A stretch of 64,000 bases of DNA from Nanohaloarchaea archaeon B1-Br10_U2g21 (GTDB taxonomy: Archaea; Nanohalarchaeota; Nanosalinia; Nanosalinales; Nanosalinaceae): assembly GCA_001563915.1 (NCBI GenBank), contig LKMP01000003.1:1-64000 (forward strand), written 5' to 3'. The position numbers and the translations under genes were made by a program. Positions 17,868 to 28,199 of the stretch are shown here, one piece after another. Under the pieces are notes generated by a model. That model had not been told where the DNA came from and searched no databases. It worked only from the letters and a program-made list of their open reading frames with translations. Every line of letters starts with the position of its first letter. Position 1 is the stretch's first letter.

Positions 17868-20768
17868 ATGAACCTTGAAAAATTAAAGCAAGAGATTAAA
17901 GAAGAAGCCTCCAATAATCCTGAAAAGTTCTTCGCTACCGATATACTGAAAGAAAAAGAATTTTCGCGTGGAAAATGCGAGAATTGCGGAATGTACTTCT
18001 GGAGTTATAAAAAAGACAGAGAAGTATGTGGCGAACCAGAATGTAGCGGAGGATACACCTTCATCAATAACTCTCCAACAGAGAAAGAGTACGGATACAT
18101 AGAGGCATGGGAAAAATTCAAAGAATTCATGACTAGCCGCGGTTATAAAGCCATAGACCGCTACCCTGTTGTCGCAAGGTGGAGAGATGATGTCGAGTTT
18201 GTTGGCGGCAGCATTTACAACTTTCAGCCATACATTGTTTCAGGAGAAGCGGAACCTCCAGCACCCGAATTAATAGTACCTCAACCTAGCTTACGTTTCA
18301 ACGACGTTGACAACGTTGGAATAACAGGAAGACACTATGTGCTACACAACCACATAGGACAAACTTGTTTTAGACCTCCAGAAAAATATGATCAAAATCG
18401 CTACTTCAGAGACATGTTTGAGTTTGCGATTGAGCTTGGAATACCAAAAGAAAAACTCATACTACACGAAGACTGCTGGGGCGGTGGAGGAAATCTTGGC
18501 GCATGCATGGAGTTCTTTGTCGACGGTCTAGAACTCTGGAATCAAGTTTACATGTTTTACAAACAAACACCTTCCGGTTACGAAGAACTAGACCTGAAAG
18601 TATTAGACATGGGAATGGGTCAAGAAAGAATCACCTGGATTAGCCACGGCACAGAAACAAGTTACGAATGTGTAATGCCGGAAACAATAACAAAACTAAA
18701 AGAAATTACTGGTCTAGAAGTTAACAGAGAGATATGGGAATCTTTCTTACCTCACTCCTCAGAGCTAAATGTTGACGAAGTCGATAACATAGAACATAAA
18801 TGGGAAGAAATCGCAGAAAAAATAGAAGTCCCTGTAGAAGAACTTAAAAATGAAATAAAACCCGCTGCAGGACTTTATTCTGTTGCCGAACATATGAGAG
18901 CCTTAATATTCGCACTATCAGATGGAAAAATCCCTTCAAATACCGGCGGAGGACATAATTTGCGTCTCGTATACAGACGAGCCAAGGATATCATCGAAAA
19001 GTATAACTGGGATATAGACCTCGTAGAGGTAGCAAAGTGGAACGCAGAAGAGCTTGAACCTATGTTCCCAGAATTACTGGACTCAATGGAAGAAATTGAA
19101 GAAATATTGAACGTTGAGAAAGAAAAATACAGTAAAGCACGAGAAAAAGCCTTCGAACAACTAAAAGAACTGGAAGAGCAGCCAAGTATTGAGGAAATGA
19201 TAGAGTTATATGAGAGCCATGGAGTCAGCCCTGAAATGATGGAAGATCATGGTCTCAAAGTCCCTGAAGACTTTTACTCAATACTAGGGCAGGAAAACGA
19301 AACTGTTCAAAGAATAGAAGAGGAATTTGACATTTCAGGACTTGAATCAACTGAAAAATTGTATTATACGCAGGAACATCGAGAGCCTTACAGAGCTAAT
19401 GGAAAATTAATTGATCCCGAATTTGATGCGTCAGTTGAAGCAGTAATAGAAGATGAATGGATTGTACTAGACAAGACATTATTTTATCCTAAAGGTGGCG
19501 GACAAAGCCATGATACTGGAAAAATAAATGGCTTCAAAGTGGAACAGGTTCAGAATCAGGGGGACATAGTGCTCCATCGCATACCAGAACACAATCTTGG
19601 CGAAGGGGACGCTGTGACATGCAAGGTTGATGGCAAGAGGCGTAAGCAGTTGACCCAACACCATTCTGCCACCCACATGGTGAACGCTGCAGCCCGAGAA
19701 GAACTCGGAGAACATATCTACCAAGCCGGAGCAAACAAGACAGTAGAAAAAGGAAGGCTCGACATAACACACTACGAAAACCTTAGCAGAGAAACACTCG
19801 ACAATATTGAATCAAAAGTGCGACAGATAATTGAAGAAAATCATAAAATTCGTGTTAACGAACTAATTAAATCTCAGGCTGAGCAGAAACATGGCTTCAG
19901 AATCTATCAAGGTGGCGCTCCCCCAGGAAATATTATACGGCTAGTAGAAATAGAGGACTCTGACATTGAAGCCTGTGGTGGAACACACCTCACCTCTACA
20001 AAACACGCTGAAGAATTTGTAATAACGGATTCTAAAAGAATACAAGATGGCATAATTAGATTAGAGTACAAAACAGGAGAAGCTGCCAGAAAATACCTTG
20101 TAAAAGAGTCTATCAGTCTAATGGAGCCTTTTGATGAATTTAAAAAAGGCATTAAAAGCACTGCTCAAGCAATTCAGACCCTAGAGAACTCCTTTGAGCC
20201 CTTCAGGAAGTTTAAAGGAGAATTACAAGAATTCCAGGATGCAAATCAGAGACTACAAGACTCATTCACAGAAATAAGAGATTTCTCTAGAGGGCTAGAA
20301 GAGATATACGACACTGCGTCCGAGAATCTGCCTGAAACAATCAAAAGATTCAGAAAAGAAAATAACGAGTTAAAACATAAAATCGATAGATTATCCTCTT
20401 ACCTAGATATAGAAGTGGAAATATCTTCTGTAGAGGGAGAAAGCATTAATGAGAGAGCAGAAAGTCTATTTGAGACAAGGAAAGAAAGAGAGAAACAACT
20501 GCAGAAGTTAGAAGACGAGCTTGAAAAAGTATTAAGAGAACAAGCATCCCAGAGTCATGTACACGAGAGAGTACCTACTGAAAACGTAGGCCTGTTAATA
20601 CAACTATCTAGACAGCTCTCATCTCAGTATGATACGACTGTTACGTTGATTGGAGAAAAAGGAGCAGTTTCTGCGTCTACTGAAGGTTTAGCCATGAAAG
20701 AATTAGAAAAAGCTGGTTCTGACAACGTGCAGGGCGACAAAAATTTTGCTAAAGCTTTCGATCTTTAA
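17868..20768 (+). CDS. alaS: alanyl-tRNA synthetase (archaeal type)
   Basis: Class II catalytic core, editing-domain HxxxH…CxxxH zinc motif (HSATHMV…CGGTHL), 966 aa. Confidence 0.95.
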   Translation: MNLEKLKQEIKEEASNNPEKFFATDILKEKEFSRGKCENCGMYFWSYKKDREVCGEPECSGGYTFINNSPTEKEYGYIEAWEKFKEFMTSRGYKAIDRYPVVARWRDDVEFVGGSIYNFQPYIVSGEAEPPAPELIVPQPSLRFNDVDNVGITGRHYVLHNHIGQTCFRPPEKYDQNRYFRDMFEFAIELGIPKEKLILHEDCWGGGGNLGACMEFFVDGLELWNQVYMFYKQTPSGYEELDLKVLDMGMGQERITWISHGTETSYECVMPETITKLKEITGLEVNREIWESFLPHSSELNVDEVDNIEHKWEEIAEKIEVPVEELKNEIKPAAGLYSVAEHMRALIFALSDGKIPSNTGGGHNLRLVYRRAKDIIEKYNWDIDLVEVAKWNAEELEPMFPELLDSMEEIEEILNVEKEKYSKAREKAFEQLKELEEQPSIEEMIELYESHGVSPEMMEDHGLKVPEDFYSILGQENETVQRIEEEFDISGLESTEKLYYTQEHREPYRANGKLIDPEFDASVEAVIEDEWIVLDKTLFYPKGGGQSHDTGKINGFKVEQVQNQGDIVLHRIPEHNLGEGDAVTCKVDGKRRKQLTQHHSATHMVNAAAREELGEHIYQAGANKTVEKGRLDITHYENLSRETLDNIESKVRQIIEENHKIRVNELIKSQAEQKHGFRIYQGGAPPGNIIRLVEIEDSDIEACGGTHLTSTKHAEEFVITDSKRIQDGIIRLEYKTGEAARKYLVKESISLMEPFDEFKKGIKSTAQAIQTLENSFEPFRKFKGELQEFQDANQRLQDSFTEIRDFSRGLEEIYDTASENLPETIKRFRKENNELKHKIDRLSSYLDIEVEISSVEGESINERAESLFETRKEREKQLQKLEDELEKVLREQASQSHVHERVPTENVGLLIQLSRQLSSQYDTTVTLIGEKGAVSASTEGLAMKELEKAGSDNVQGDKNFAKAFDL

Positions 20769-21286
20769 CCAAAGCATACTGCTGCTGCATCCCCAACTTC
20801 CGCCATTGAACCGCATACTGCTTCAATAACAGATTCTTGATCAGGTTGTGTGTCTGTCACAGTGTAAGGCGCTTGTTCTGTAGGCTGATCTCCTATAACT
20901 ATTACCTCAGGAAAGTCGTTTACCTGATATTCTGATGTAATCTGGGTTGCCTCTTCGGACTCAACTACATTTACATAAACTCTACCATCAAAACGATCAG
21001 CGATTTCATCAAAGTCTTCAAACATCTCAGACTCATTCCCTTCATAAATAGCATTGACGAAAACGACTTGGTTCATTGATGCCAAATAAGCCTGTTCTAT
21101 AGGCCCTAGTCCAAAACTACCTTCCTGATAAGTACTTTCAGGTAATTCTGCATCTATCTCGCCATTTTCTCCCTGTTCAGGCGCGCTCGGAGCCATTCCT
21201 GCAAGATTTACTGCTCCCATGAACATAAATCCTATTGCTACCATGAGACCTGCACCAACCATCACTATCTGTTCTCTGTTTACCAT
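20765..21286 (-). CDS. hypothetical membrane-anchored acidic protein
   Basis: N-terminal TM helix and an acidic body. Two C-terminal Cys. No family recognised. Confidence 0.4.
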   Translation of the reverse strand: MVNREQIVMVGAGLMVAIGFMFMGAVNLAGMAPSAPEQGENGEIDAELPESTYQEGSFGLGPIEQAYLASMNQVVFVNAIYEGNESEMFEDFDEIADRFDGRVYVNVVESEEATQITSEYQVNDFPEVIVIGDQPTEQAPYTVTDTQPDQESVIEAVCGSMAEVGDAAAVCFG

Positions 21287-21335
21287 TGTTTAGTTTGTAG
21301 TAGGCTTAGAGTTAAAGAAGTTTCTCTTCCTTAAT

Positions 21336-21737
21336 GTGTTTATGATAGTAGGATTTAACATTGACTCGATGGAAGCTTCCAAAGAAGGAAGTGCAAGAGG
21401 AGACCTGCAAATTAACTATACCCCTAAAATCCTCAACGTAGAAGAAGTGACTGTAAGCGCATTTGAGGAAAAAGTAGCACGTATAGAGTTTGACTTCACA
21501 GTCAACTATACAGCAAACGATGAGTCAGCAGCAGAAATCTTGATGTCAGGTAATGTACTTTGGAAAGGACATCTAGATGAAATAACTGCATCTTGGGACG
21601 AAGATGAGTCTCTACCTGATGAAATGAGAGCCCCTCTAATGAACGAACTTTACAGGAGACTTCTCTCAGAAGCTGTAGGTGTAGCGAACACATTAAGCTT
21701 GCTACCTCCTATTCCTACTCCTAGAGTCAACAAATAA
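21336..21737 (+). CDS. hypothetical protein (133 aa)
   Basis: ORF only. Confidence 0.35.
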   Translation: MFMIVGFNIDSMEASKEGSARGDLQINYTPKILNVEEVTVSAFEEKVARIEFDFTVNYTANDESAAEILMSGNVLWKGHLDEITASWDEDESLPDEMRAPLMNELYRRLLSEAVGVANTLSLLPPIPTPRVNK

Positions 21738-21947
21738 TCAGCGTTTTAACGCCACCATGCGGAAACGCTGGCCTAAAACTTCTTTCTTATACGTTTCTAA
21801 CTCTCTTTCTTTTTCTAGAGCATTTAGACAACGATGAACATCTTCTTCAGGCCATGAAAGCTTTTCAGCTAATAAAGCTGCACTAGGCCTTTTGCCCTCA
21901 TCTAAAATCTCTCTCAAAGAATCTTTGACTTTTTGTTTACGAGACAT
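21738..21947 (-). CDS. hypothetical small protein, possibly winged-helix DNA-binding
   Basis: 69 aa, basic ends with an acidic core. Weak call. Confidence 0.3.
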   Translation of the reverse strand: MSRKQKVKDSLREILDEGKRPSAALLAEKLSWPEEDVHRCLNALEKERELETYKKEVLGQRFRMVALKR

Positions 21948-22178
21948 AAAAATTTATCAACATAGAGATGTTAAATTAATTACATGAGTATAGAAGACGA
22001 TCTGAACAACGTCTTGGAGGAATTTGAGCATGCCGAGCATGAATTTGAGGAGATAAAAGACCCCAAGGCTTCAGAAAATGTTAAAGAGAAACAAGTTCAG
22101 GCCGAAGAACTCATACATGAGATAAAAGATCAGATAGCTTTTTTGAAGAACCAAGTTGAGTAAACCAATAAATTTTTA

Positions 22179-22619
22179 ATGTTGTGCATAAAAAAAGTTC
22201 CTATGAGACGGTTACGCAGAAATAATGACAAAGACATGCTAGATCAGATGCAAAGAATGTTTGAAGAAATGCAGCAGGTAGGCCGTAATATCGTGCCTGG
22301 AGGGCATGTACCCATTGATATCAGAGAAGAGAACGGAGAAATAATAGTAAGTGCTGATCTCCCAGGAATAGATAAAGAAGAAATTAGCCTAACTGCAGAT
22401 GAAAATAAACTAGAAATTATGGCCGAAAGCAAAGAAGAGATCAAAGAAGAGAATGAGAAATACCTCCGCAGAGAGAGAAGTCAGAGAATGTACAACAGAT
22501 CAATTGAATGGCCTAGAAAAATAGATCCTGACAGCGTAAAAGCAAGCTATGAAGACGGAGTACTGAAAGTCAAAGCCGAAATCGAGAACTCGAATGGCCG
22601 AAACATCGACATCAGCTAA
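22179..22619 (+). CDS. Hsp20/alpha-crystallin small heat-shock protein
   Basis: ACD-domain pattern (PIDIREENGEIIVSADLPGIDKEEISL…SYEDGVLKVKAE). Confidence 0.85.
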   Translation: MLCIKKVPMRRLRRNNDKDMLDQMQRMFEEMQQVGRNIVPGGHVPIDIREENGEIIVSADLPGIDKEEISLTADENKLEIMAESKEEIKEENEKYLRRERSQRMYNRSIEWPRKIDPDSVKASYEDGVLKVKAEIENSNGRNIDIS

Positions 22620-22671
22620 AGGCCTAGACCACACATATTCTTTTTTATATATAATATCTTATATTTAGTTC

Positions 22672-23625
22672 ATGGAGGTTAAAGCTCGCCAGAGCGGACC
22701 GGTTTACTCTCCACCACTACCCGATTTTGATGATTCCTACAATATTCTAAAACTGGCCGAAATCCACGCTTTTGAGGAAGGTTTTAATAGTGAAAACTAC
22801 TGCAGAGAAATAGGCGAGCAAATAAACTCTTATGACAGCAAATATGGCCTAGATGAGCTCTGGATATTAGGCGACACAGGAAGTTCTAATGATGTTCACG
22901 CTCTTTTAGATACTTTAGACGGAGACTATGGCGCAATTATAGTCGCCGGAGATGAAGACAAAGTGAAACCAGATAATGACTCGAAACCTTGGACTGGTTT
23001 CTTTGAGCAAATAGGAACAGATCCTTGGAACGTAGATATACCTTATGAAGTATTCGATGAAGGCTTTGAAAAACAAATCGGCGACTGGACCATTCAAGCC
23101 GCTCATCACCCTCACCACATTGATAGAGAACCTATTAGCCTTCCAGATACAAGAAATCCAGACGTTCTTGATGAAAACTTCTTTTCCGTAACACAAGATC
23201 TTAATCAAAATACTTTAGAGGGTCCTGCACCTAGCCTGAATGATGCGGACACCGTCTTCTATGATCACGTCCACATGCCTTACACTCGCACACTAGAAGA
23301 CACAGCAATCATAGGTCTGGGAGGGAGAAGACATAACTACCAACTCAAAAGCGATGGACCTTTACCTGCTCGAAGCCTGCACTTAACAATTATAGACGGC
23401 GCAGATATGCACGAAATGCATTTCGATGCCGGAAGCGACCAAATCTATGAACACGTCGTATTTAACCGTGAAGAAGGAGAAATGAGTATGTACGATGCAG
23501 CTCTCCTGACAGAAGGAAAACCCGACTTCTGGAAACCTATCCAATCAAGGTTCCACCGTTCTCATTTCAGTAGTAAAGCAAAAGAAACTGAAGACCAATG
23601 GCCAGAATCATGGATCCCAGAATGA
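22672..23625 (+). CDS. hypothetical protein with weak metallophosphoesterase-like motifs
   Basis: LWILGDTGSSND, IIVAGDEDK and His-rich segments (AAHHPHH, DHVHMPY). The motif match is imperfect. Confidence 0.35.
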   Translation: MEVKARQSGPVYSPPLPDFDDSYNILKLAEIHAFEEGFNSENYCREIGEQINSYDSKYGLDELWILGDTGSSNDVHALLDTLDGDYGAIIVAGDEDKVKPDNDSKPWTGFFEQIGTDPWNVDIPYEVFDEGFEKQIGDWTIQAAHHPHHIDREPISLPDTRNPDVLDENFFSVTQDLNQNTLEGPAPSLNDADTVFYDHVHMPYTRTLEDTAIIGLGGRRHNYQLKSDGPLPARSLHLTIIDGADMHEMHFDAGSDQIYEHVVFNREEGEMSMYDAALLTEGKPDFWKPIQSRFHRSHFSSKAKETEDQWPESWIPE

Positions 23626-24131
23626 AATCATTTACTCAAACAGGTTCAGAACTAGAAGAACTACTAGAATTTCTTGAAAAAGATCTTGAAAACGTTAAAA
23701 GAGTAATTGAAACAGTTAAAGATTTTGATATGGATTTTGAAGTCCATGCAAAAGCAGAGACTGTGGACGAATCAGTAAAACATTCTCAACTAGATAAAAA
23801 TCGGATAATTAAAACTCTAATATTTAAGTGCGGAGAAGATTTTGTAGCAGTTATGTGTCCTGGCGACAAAAGAGTAGATGAGAATAAACTCTCAGACTTA
23901 ACAGGAAAAAAAGTGAGAATGGCGCATCCTAGAGAAGTAAAAACCGAAACAGGATACATAGTAGGAGGAGTATCCCCTTTCAACCTCAACATACCCATTT
24001 ACGCTGCAAAATCTATTCCCGAAGGATCTGTCAGGCCTGCAGGAGGAAGTCGAGTCATAGGTGTAAAAACTACTAGATCAGAACTTTTTGAGCTACTGGA
24101 TCCCAAAATAGCTGTAATCTCCGAAGAATGA
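23598..24131 (+). CDS. YbaK/ProX-type aminoacyl-tRNA deacylase domain protein
   Basis: IKTLIFKCGEDFVAVMCPGDKRVDENKL…YIVGGVSPF matches the YbaK/ProRS-editing-domain pattern. Overlaps both neighbours. Confidence 0.65.
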   Translation: MARIMDPRMKSFTQTGSELEELLEFLEKDLENVKRVIETVKDFDMDFEVHAKAETVDESVKHSQLDKNRIIKTLIFKCGEDFVAVMCPGDKRVDENKLSDLTGKKVRMAHPREVKTETGYIVGGVSPFNLNIPIYAAKSIPEGSVRPAGGSRVIGVKTTRSELFELLDPKIAVISEE

Positions 24132-24535
24132 AAATCAAGTTACTAGGAAAAACTTTAGAACTTGATAGCAACTTGATTTCTGAAACCGACAATGAAGTAC
24201 AAAGACAGATTGAAGAATATCTTAACGGAGATAGAAAAGAATTTGAGCTCAAGAAAACCTTTCCTTCAAACTTCACAGGCCTCGTAATGAAAGAGATGGA
24301 AAAAATTCCTTACGGGGAGACCAAAAGCTATGGAACAATAGCTGATCAGATAGATTCTTCTCCGATAGCTGTAGGGCAGGCGTGCGGCAGAAATCCGCTT
24401 CCCATAATAATACCATGTCACCGCGTCACTTCAAAAAATGGTATTGGAGGATACGCTTTTGGAATAGCCCTAAAGAAATACTTGATTCAGCTCGAAAAAT
24501 CTGGTTACCGCAACACCAATACCACTCTTTCGTAA
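24128..24535 (+). CDS. ogt: methylated-DNA-protein-cysteine methyltransferase (O6-alkylguanine-DNA alkyltransferase)
   Basis: Active-site IPCHRV motif (PIIIPCHRVTSKNGIGGY). ATGA overlap with the upstream gene. Confidence 0.85.
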   Translation: MKIKLLGKTLELDSNLISETDNEVQRQIEEYLNGDRKEFELKKTFPSNFTGLVMKEMEKIPYGETKSYGTIADQIDSSPIAVGQACGRNPLPIIIPCHRVTSKNGIGGYAFGIALKKYLIQLEKSGYRNTNTTLS

Positions 24536-24591
24536 TCATGATCTATAAGTAAGGGGTTTACCATAAATTATGTTAACAGAGGCCTAGATAT

Positions 24592-25185
24592 ATGGACACC
24601 AAGCTTCACGAAGAGGAAGAAATAGTCAAGAAGTTTAGCCCAGCAAGGACTTCTGTACTTCTTCTGGATTATCTGACTTCAGCACTAATACTGCTCATAG
24701 CTGTAGCAATATCTGCAGGCCTAGTAACTTTCTTAGAGAACATACCAGTGCTAGGCAGCTTAGCAGGATCAAGCATAATACTAGGCATAGGTTTAGTACT
24801 AGCTCTTCCTAGCGTTATAAGAGCTGAGATACTCGTCCGTGGAAACACATACTATATAACTAATATGAGGATAGTGCACGAGTACAAGTTCATTAGATAT
24901 GACTCTAAAATCATCAAATTCGACCGCATTACCCATATAAACACTTCTAGAGGTCTAATAGACCGAATATTCAGAACAGGAAAGCTTAGAATTAAGACTG
25001 CAGGCACCAACAAAGCAGAGATGACTATCAAAAAAATAAAGAATCATAGCGAGATTGAAAGAGAGATTTCAGATCGATTGCAGAAACACGTTAGCAGAGT
25101 AGGAACTGGAGGAGATTTAGAAACAGCAAATGACCTAGAAACGCAAGAGAATGAAGGATCCGAAAATAATCCTCCTGTAGAATAG
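24592..25185 (+). CDS. membrane protein with bacterial PH-like (bPH_2/DUF304) domain
   Basis: Two N-terminal TM helices, then a YYITNMRIVHEY…GKLRIKT pattern typical of YdbS/YdbT-like proteins. Confidence 0.55.
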   Translation: MDTKLHEEEEIVKKFSPARTSVLLLDYLTSALILLIAVAISAGLVTFLENIPVLGSLAGSSIILGIGLVLALPSVIRAEILVRGNTYYITNMRIVHEYKFIRYDSKIIKFDRITHINTSRGLIDRIFRTGKLRIKTAGTNKAEMTIKKIKNHSEIEREISDRLQKHVSRVGTGGDLETANDLETQENEGSENNPPVE

Positions 25186-25318
25186 TTCCTCAAATATTTA
25201 ATACTGAATTTCAAATCTAGTCATACAATGAAAGGTGGATGTTTTTCCACAGGATTACATATCGAAAACCACTTCTAAACCTGTTAAAATTAAAGTCTTC
25301 CTTCCTAAGTGATTTTCT

Positions 25319-26584
25319 ATGATTGGCATAGAGGTTTTCCGTGAGAACCCTGAGAGAATAAAAGATTCTGAGAAACGAAGAGGAAACAACCCTGATAAAG
25401 TTGATGAAGTAGTTAAAGTTGACAAACAATGGAGAGAAAAACTCCAAATTTTGGAAGAATTGCAGCAAAAAAGAAATTCTGTAGGAGATGAAATTGCAGA
25501 ACTGAAGAAAACTGGAGAAGACGCGTCGGATAAAATAGAGAGGATGAGTAAAGTTAAACAGGAAATCTCTGAGTTAGAGAAGGAAGTAGATGACCTAAAG
25601 GCCAAAAGAGATAATTTACGATATAGAATCGGAAACCTTCTGGCCGAAGATGTTCCTTCAGGCGATGGAGAAGAAGATAATATTGAACTACGAACCTGGG
25701 AACCCTCAGCCGGAAAAGATGAAAGTTCTGAACTTGCCGCAGACATACTAGAAAGAAACAATCTGCTTTCAGCTGAGAAAGCAGCAGAAGTAGGTGGAGA
25801 AAGAGCCTACTATCTTGATCCAGCACTAATGAAGCTGAGCCAGGCTTTGATTAACTTTGCAATCGATTTCCTAGAAGAAAGAGACTTCGGCGTATACCAA
25901 GTACCCTATATGCTAGAAGAAAAATCAATTGCGGCCGCTGTAGATTTAGAAACATTTCAGGAACAGCTATACCAGGTAAATGAAAACGGCCGATATCTAA
26001 TTGGTACATCAGAACACGCCTTAGCAGCAAAATACCAAGAAGAAGTAATAGAACAAGATTTGCCTTTGAAACTTGGAGGATTCTCCACTAACTTCAGAAG
26101 AGAAGCTGGAAAACATGGAAAACAGACCAGAGGAATTTGGAGAGTTCATCAATTTGAAAAAGTAGAGCAGTTCGCATTTTGCAAGCCAGAAAACCATTTA
26201 GAAATTCTAGAAGAAACACTAGAAAATGCTGAAGAACTTATGCAAAAGCTAGGTCTTCCTTACAGAGTCGTTGATATATGTGACGGAGATATTTCCAATA
26301 AGACATTCAAACAATATGATATTGAGGTTTGGAGACCTCCATTAGGCGAATATGGAGAAGTGGGAAGCTATGGATCATGCACAGATTACCAGGCTCGTGA
26401 ATTTGATACACAGTACAGAGAGAAAGGAGAAAGAGAAGTACCGTTCACAGTTTATGCAACTGCTCTTGTTCCCCAAAGGATAATGACTGCAATAATTGAA
26501 AATAATCAAAAAGAGAATGGGATTAAAATTCCTGAAGTTCTTAAATCTTACATGGGCGGACAAGAGTTTATAGAAATTGACTAA
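25319..26584 (+). CDS. serS: seryl-tRNA synthetase
   Basis: N-terminal coiled-coil arm. Class II motifs (FRREAGKHG…TRGIWRVHQFEKVEQF). Confidence 0.95.
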   Translation: MIGIEVFRENPERIKDSEKRRGNNPDKVDEVVKVDKQWREKLQILEELQQKRNSVGDEIAELKKTGEDASDKIERMSKVKQEISELEKEVDDLKAKRDNLRYRIGNLLAEDVPSGDGEEDNIELRTWEPSAGKDESSELAADILERNNLLSAEKAAEVGGERAYYLDPALMKLSQALINFAIDFLEERDFGVYQVPYMLEEKSIAAAVDLETFQEQLYQVNENGRYLIGTSEHALAAKYQEEVIEQDLPLKLGGFSTNFRREAGKHGKQTRGIWRVHQFEKVEQFAFCKPENHLEILEETLENAEELMQKLGLPYRVVDICDGDISNKTFKQYDIEVWRPPLGEYGEVGSYGSCTDYQAREFDTQYREKGEREVPFTVYATALVPQRIMTAIIENNQKENGIKIPEVLKSYMGGQEFIEID

Positions 26585-26623
26585 AACCTCTTTGAGTAAT
26601 AATTCTACAGGTGAAAAAACGAA

Positions 26624-26845
26624 ATGTCCGACTTAATGAACGTACTTAGAGGCCTAATGAGTAATGTAGTGGCCTTTGTAGTGATGCTAGTTCTGGCAGT
26701 AGCAACATTCTTCTTAACAGTCTTCGTAGTAGATATAGGCGCTGGCCTAGCAGGTTACGAAGCTTCAGGAGACTTTGTAGTACTATCTGCTACAATATTA
26801 GTTGCTTCAACTATTTTAGCAGGAATAATGAACAGCGAAGAATAA
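26624..26845 (+). CDS. small two-TM membrane protein (73 aa)
   Basis: Two hydrophobic helices. SD AGGTGA lies 8 nt upstream. Confidence 0.4.
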   Translation: MSDLMNVLRGLMSNVVAFVVMLVLAVATFFLTVFVVDIGAGLAGYEASGDFVVLSATILVASTILAGIMNSEE

Positions 26846-26870
26846 GGCTTCGTCAAATTTTTCCTCTTTT

Positions 26871-28085
26871 TTACCATTCTACCTTGTTTACTTTTCTAGG
26901 GAATAAATCCGGATCCCAGTCCATAGGCACTTTATCCGGCACCCAATGAATTATTTCATCTAAACCGACTTCTTCATCTATCTCCCGCATCTTTCCTCTT
27001 CTAGATTCCTTCATTACCTCAGGTAAAACTCTTCTGTCATCATAAACCGTCGATTCATCTGCAGCCTCAAGAATTCCTTGATCAAGCTGATGTACTAGGT
27101 CAGGCACGTCTAATCCATTGATACGCTGTCTATTATCTGTATAAAGTGCGAACTCAAGGTCTTTCTGCTGAACTTCATATTCTCCTTCAGGATTAACTTC
27201 TAAGAAAAATTCTTCTGGTTTTCTATCAGGATATGTCATTAAACCAAGAGAATTAAGAACTGCAGAGTGGTGGCCAGTTTTTACTGCCTCAGCATCTTGA
27301 AGGCTATTCGTAAATAGAGGTTCTGCCCACTCATAGAACAACCCCACCTCAAAATCTGAATTTGAGTATGCTGTATCATGGTTTTGATCTACATAAGCCT
27401 GATTTCTCTCAGTTAAGCGAGTCATACCCAACTCCTCTAATTGCTCCTGTACTCCTTCTTCTCTGTCAAGCGCTGCTCTAAGGAATGGCTCCTGCACCCA
27501 GCCGTACTCATCTTTTATTTCACGTTCGCTCCATCTCAGCTTTGCTGTCAGTTCAGGCTCAAAACTATCTCTACCTTGAATAGGACAATCTTCAGCAATT
27601 TCTGGATCATAAACTCTAGCAACCCTGAATCCCATGTTGTATCCCTCTTCTGATCTCATAGGGACCATGCTGAATGGAGTGCCTACTGACGAAGGACTCG
27701 CCTCTTTCCGAAAATGCCAGTCAAAAACATAGTCATTACCGTCAACATCAGTAATTTCAGTTTGAACAAATTTATCGCCTTCAGTCCCTCTAGTATTCTC
27801 TCGCCATCTTTTTAAAGCGTCTTCCTCATCCAAAGTAAGACTATCATTTGTTTTGATACCAGAACCATACATACCTCCAGAATATGATGTGCCTGTATTC
27901 CTAGAACTATATGAGTCAACAAACTCATAAACAGGTTCATGCAGTTCATCAAATGCTTCCAGTGGGCTTACAGCCCGCCTGTTGAGGCTGCCTGACGAAT
28001 CTCTCTCATAGAGAAACGTATTGTGGTCCTCTATCCTAGTTGGATCAAAAGATACCATAGTGTCTTTATTACTGTTTAGTGGCAT
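26871..28085 (-). CDS. hypothetical protein; N-terminal region resembles the C-terminal subdomain of FGE-sulfatase/DUF323 domains
   Basis: AVSPLEAFDELHEPVYEFVD…YSGGMYGSG…YNMGFRVAR parallels TAPVGSF…GNVWEWTxD…GGSY…NLGFRCA of formylglycine-generating-enzyme-like domains. The remaining 250 aa are unassigned. Confidence 0.45.
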   Translation of the reverse strand: MPLNSNKDTMVSFDPTRIEDHNTFLYERDSSGSLNRRAVSPLEAFDELHEPVYEFVDSYSSRNTGTSYSGGMYGSGIKTNDSLTLDEEDALKRWRENTRGTEGDKFVQTEITDVDGNDYVFDWHFRKEASPSSVGTPFSMVPMRSEEGYNMGFRVARVYDPEIAEDCPIQGRDSFEPELTAKLRWSEREIKDEYGWVQEPFLRAALDREEGVQEQLEELGMTRLTERNQAYVDQNHDTAYSNSDFEVGLFYEWAEPLFTNSLQDAEAVKTGHHSAVLNSLGLMTYPDRKPEEFFLEVNPEGEYEVQQKDLEFALYTDNRQRINGLDVPDLVHQLDQGILEAADESTVYDDRRVLPEVMKESRRGKMREIDEEVGLDEIIHWVPDKVPMDWDPDLFPRKVNKVEW

Positions 28086-28199
28086 AATGTTTTATCACTT
28101 TTGTTTTCGTTGCAGTTAAATATATTTGAAAAACTGCAATAAAAAGACCCAATCATCGCTCTAGAATTTAAAACATAGGAGTCCTTAACAGTACTTGTA

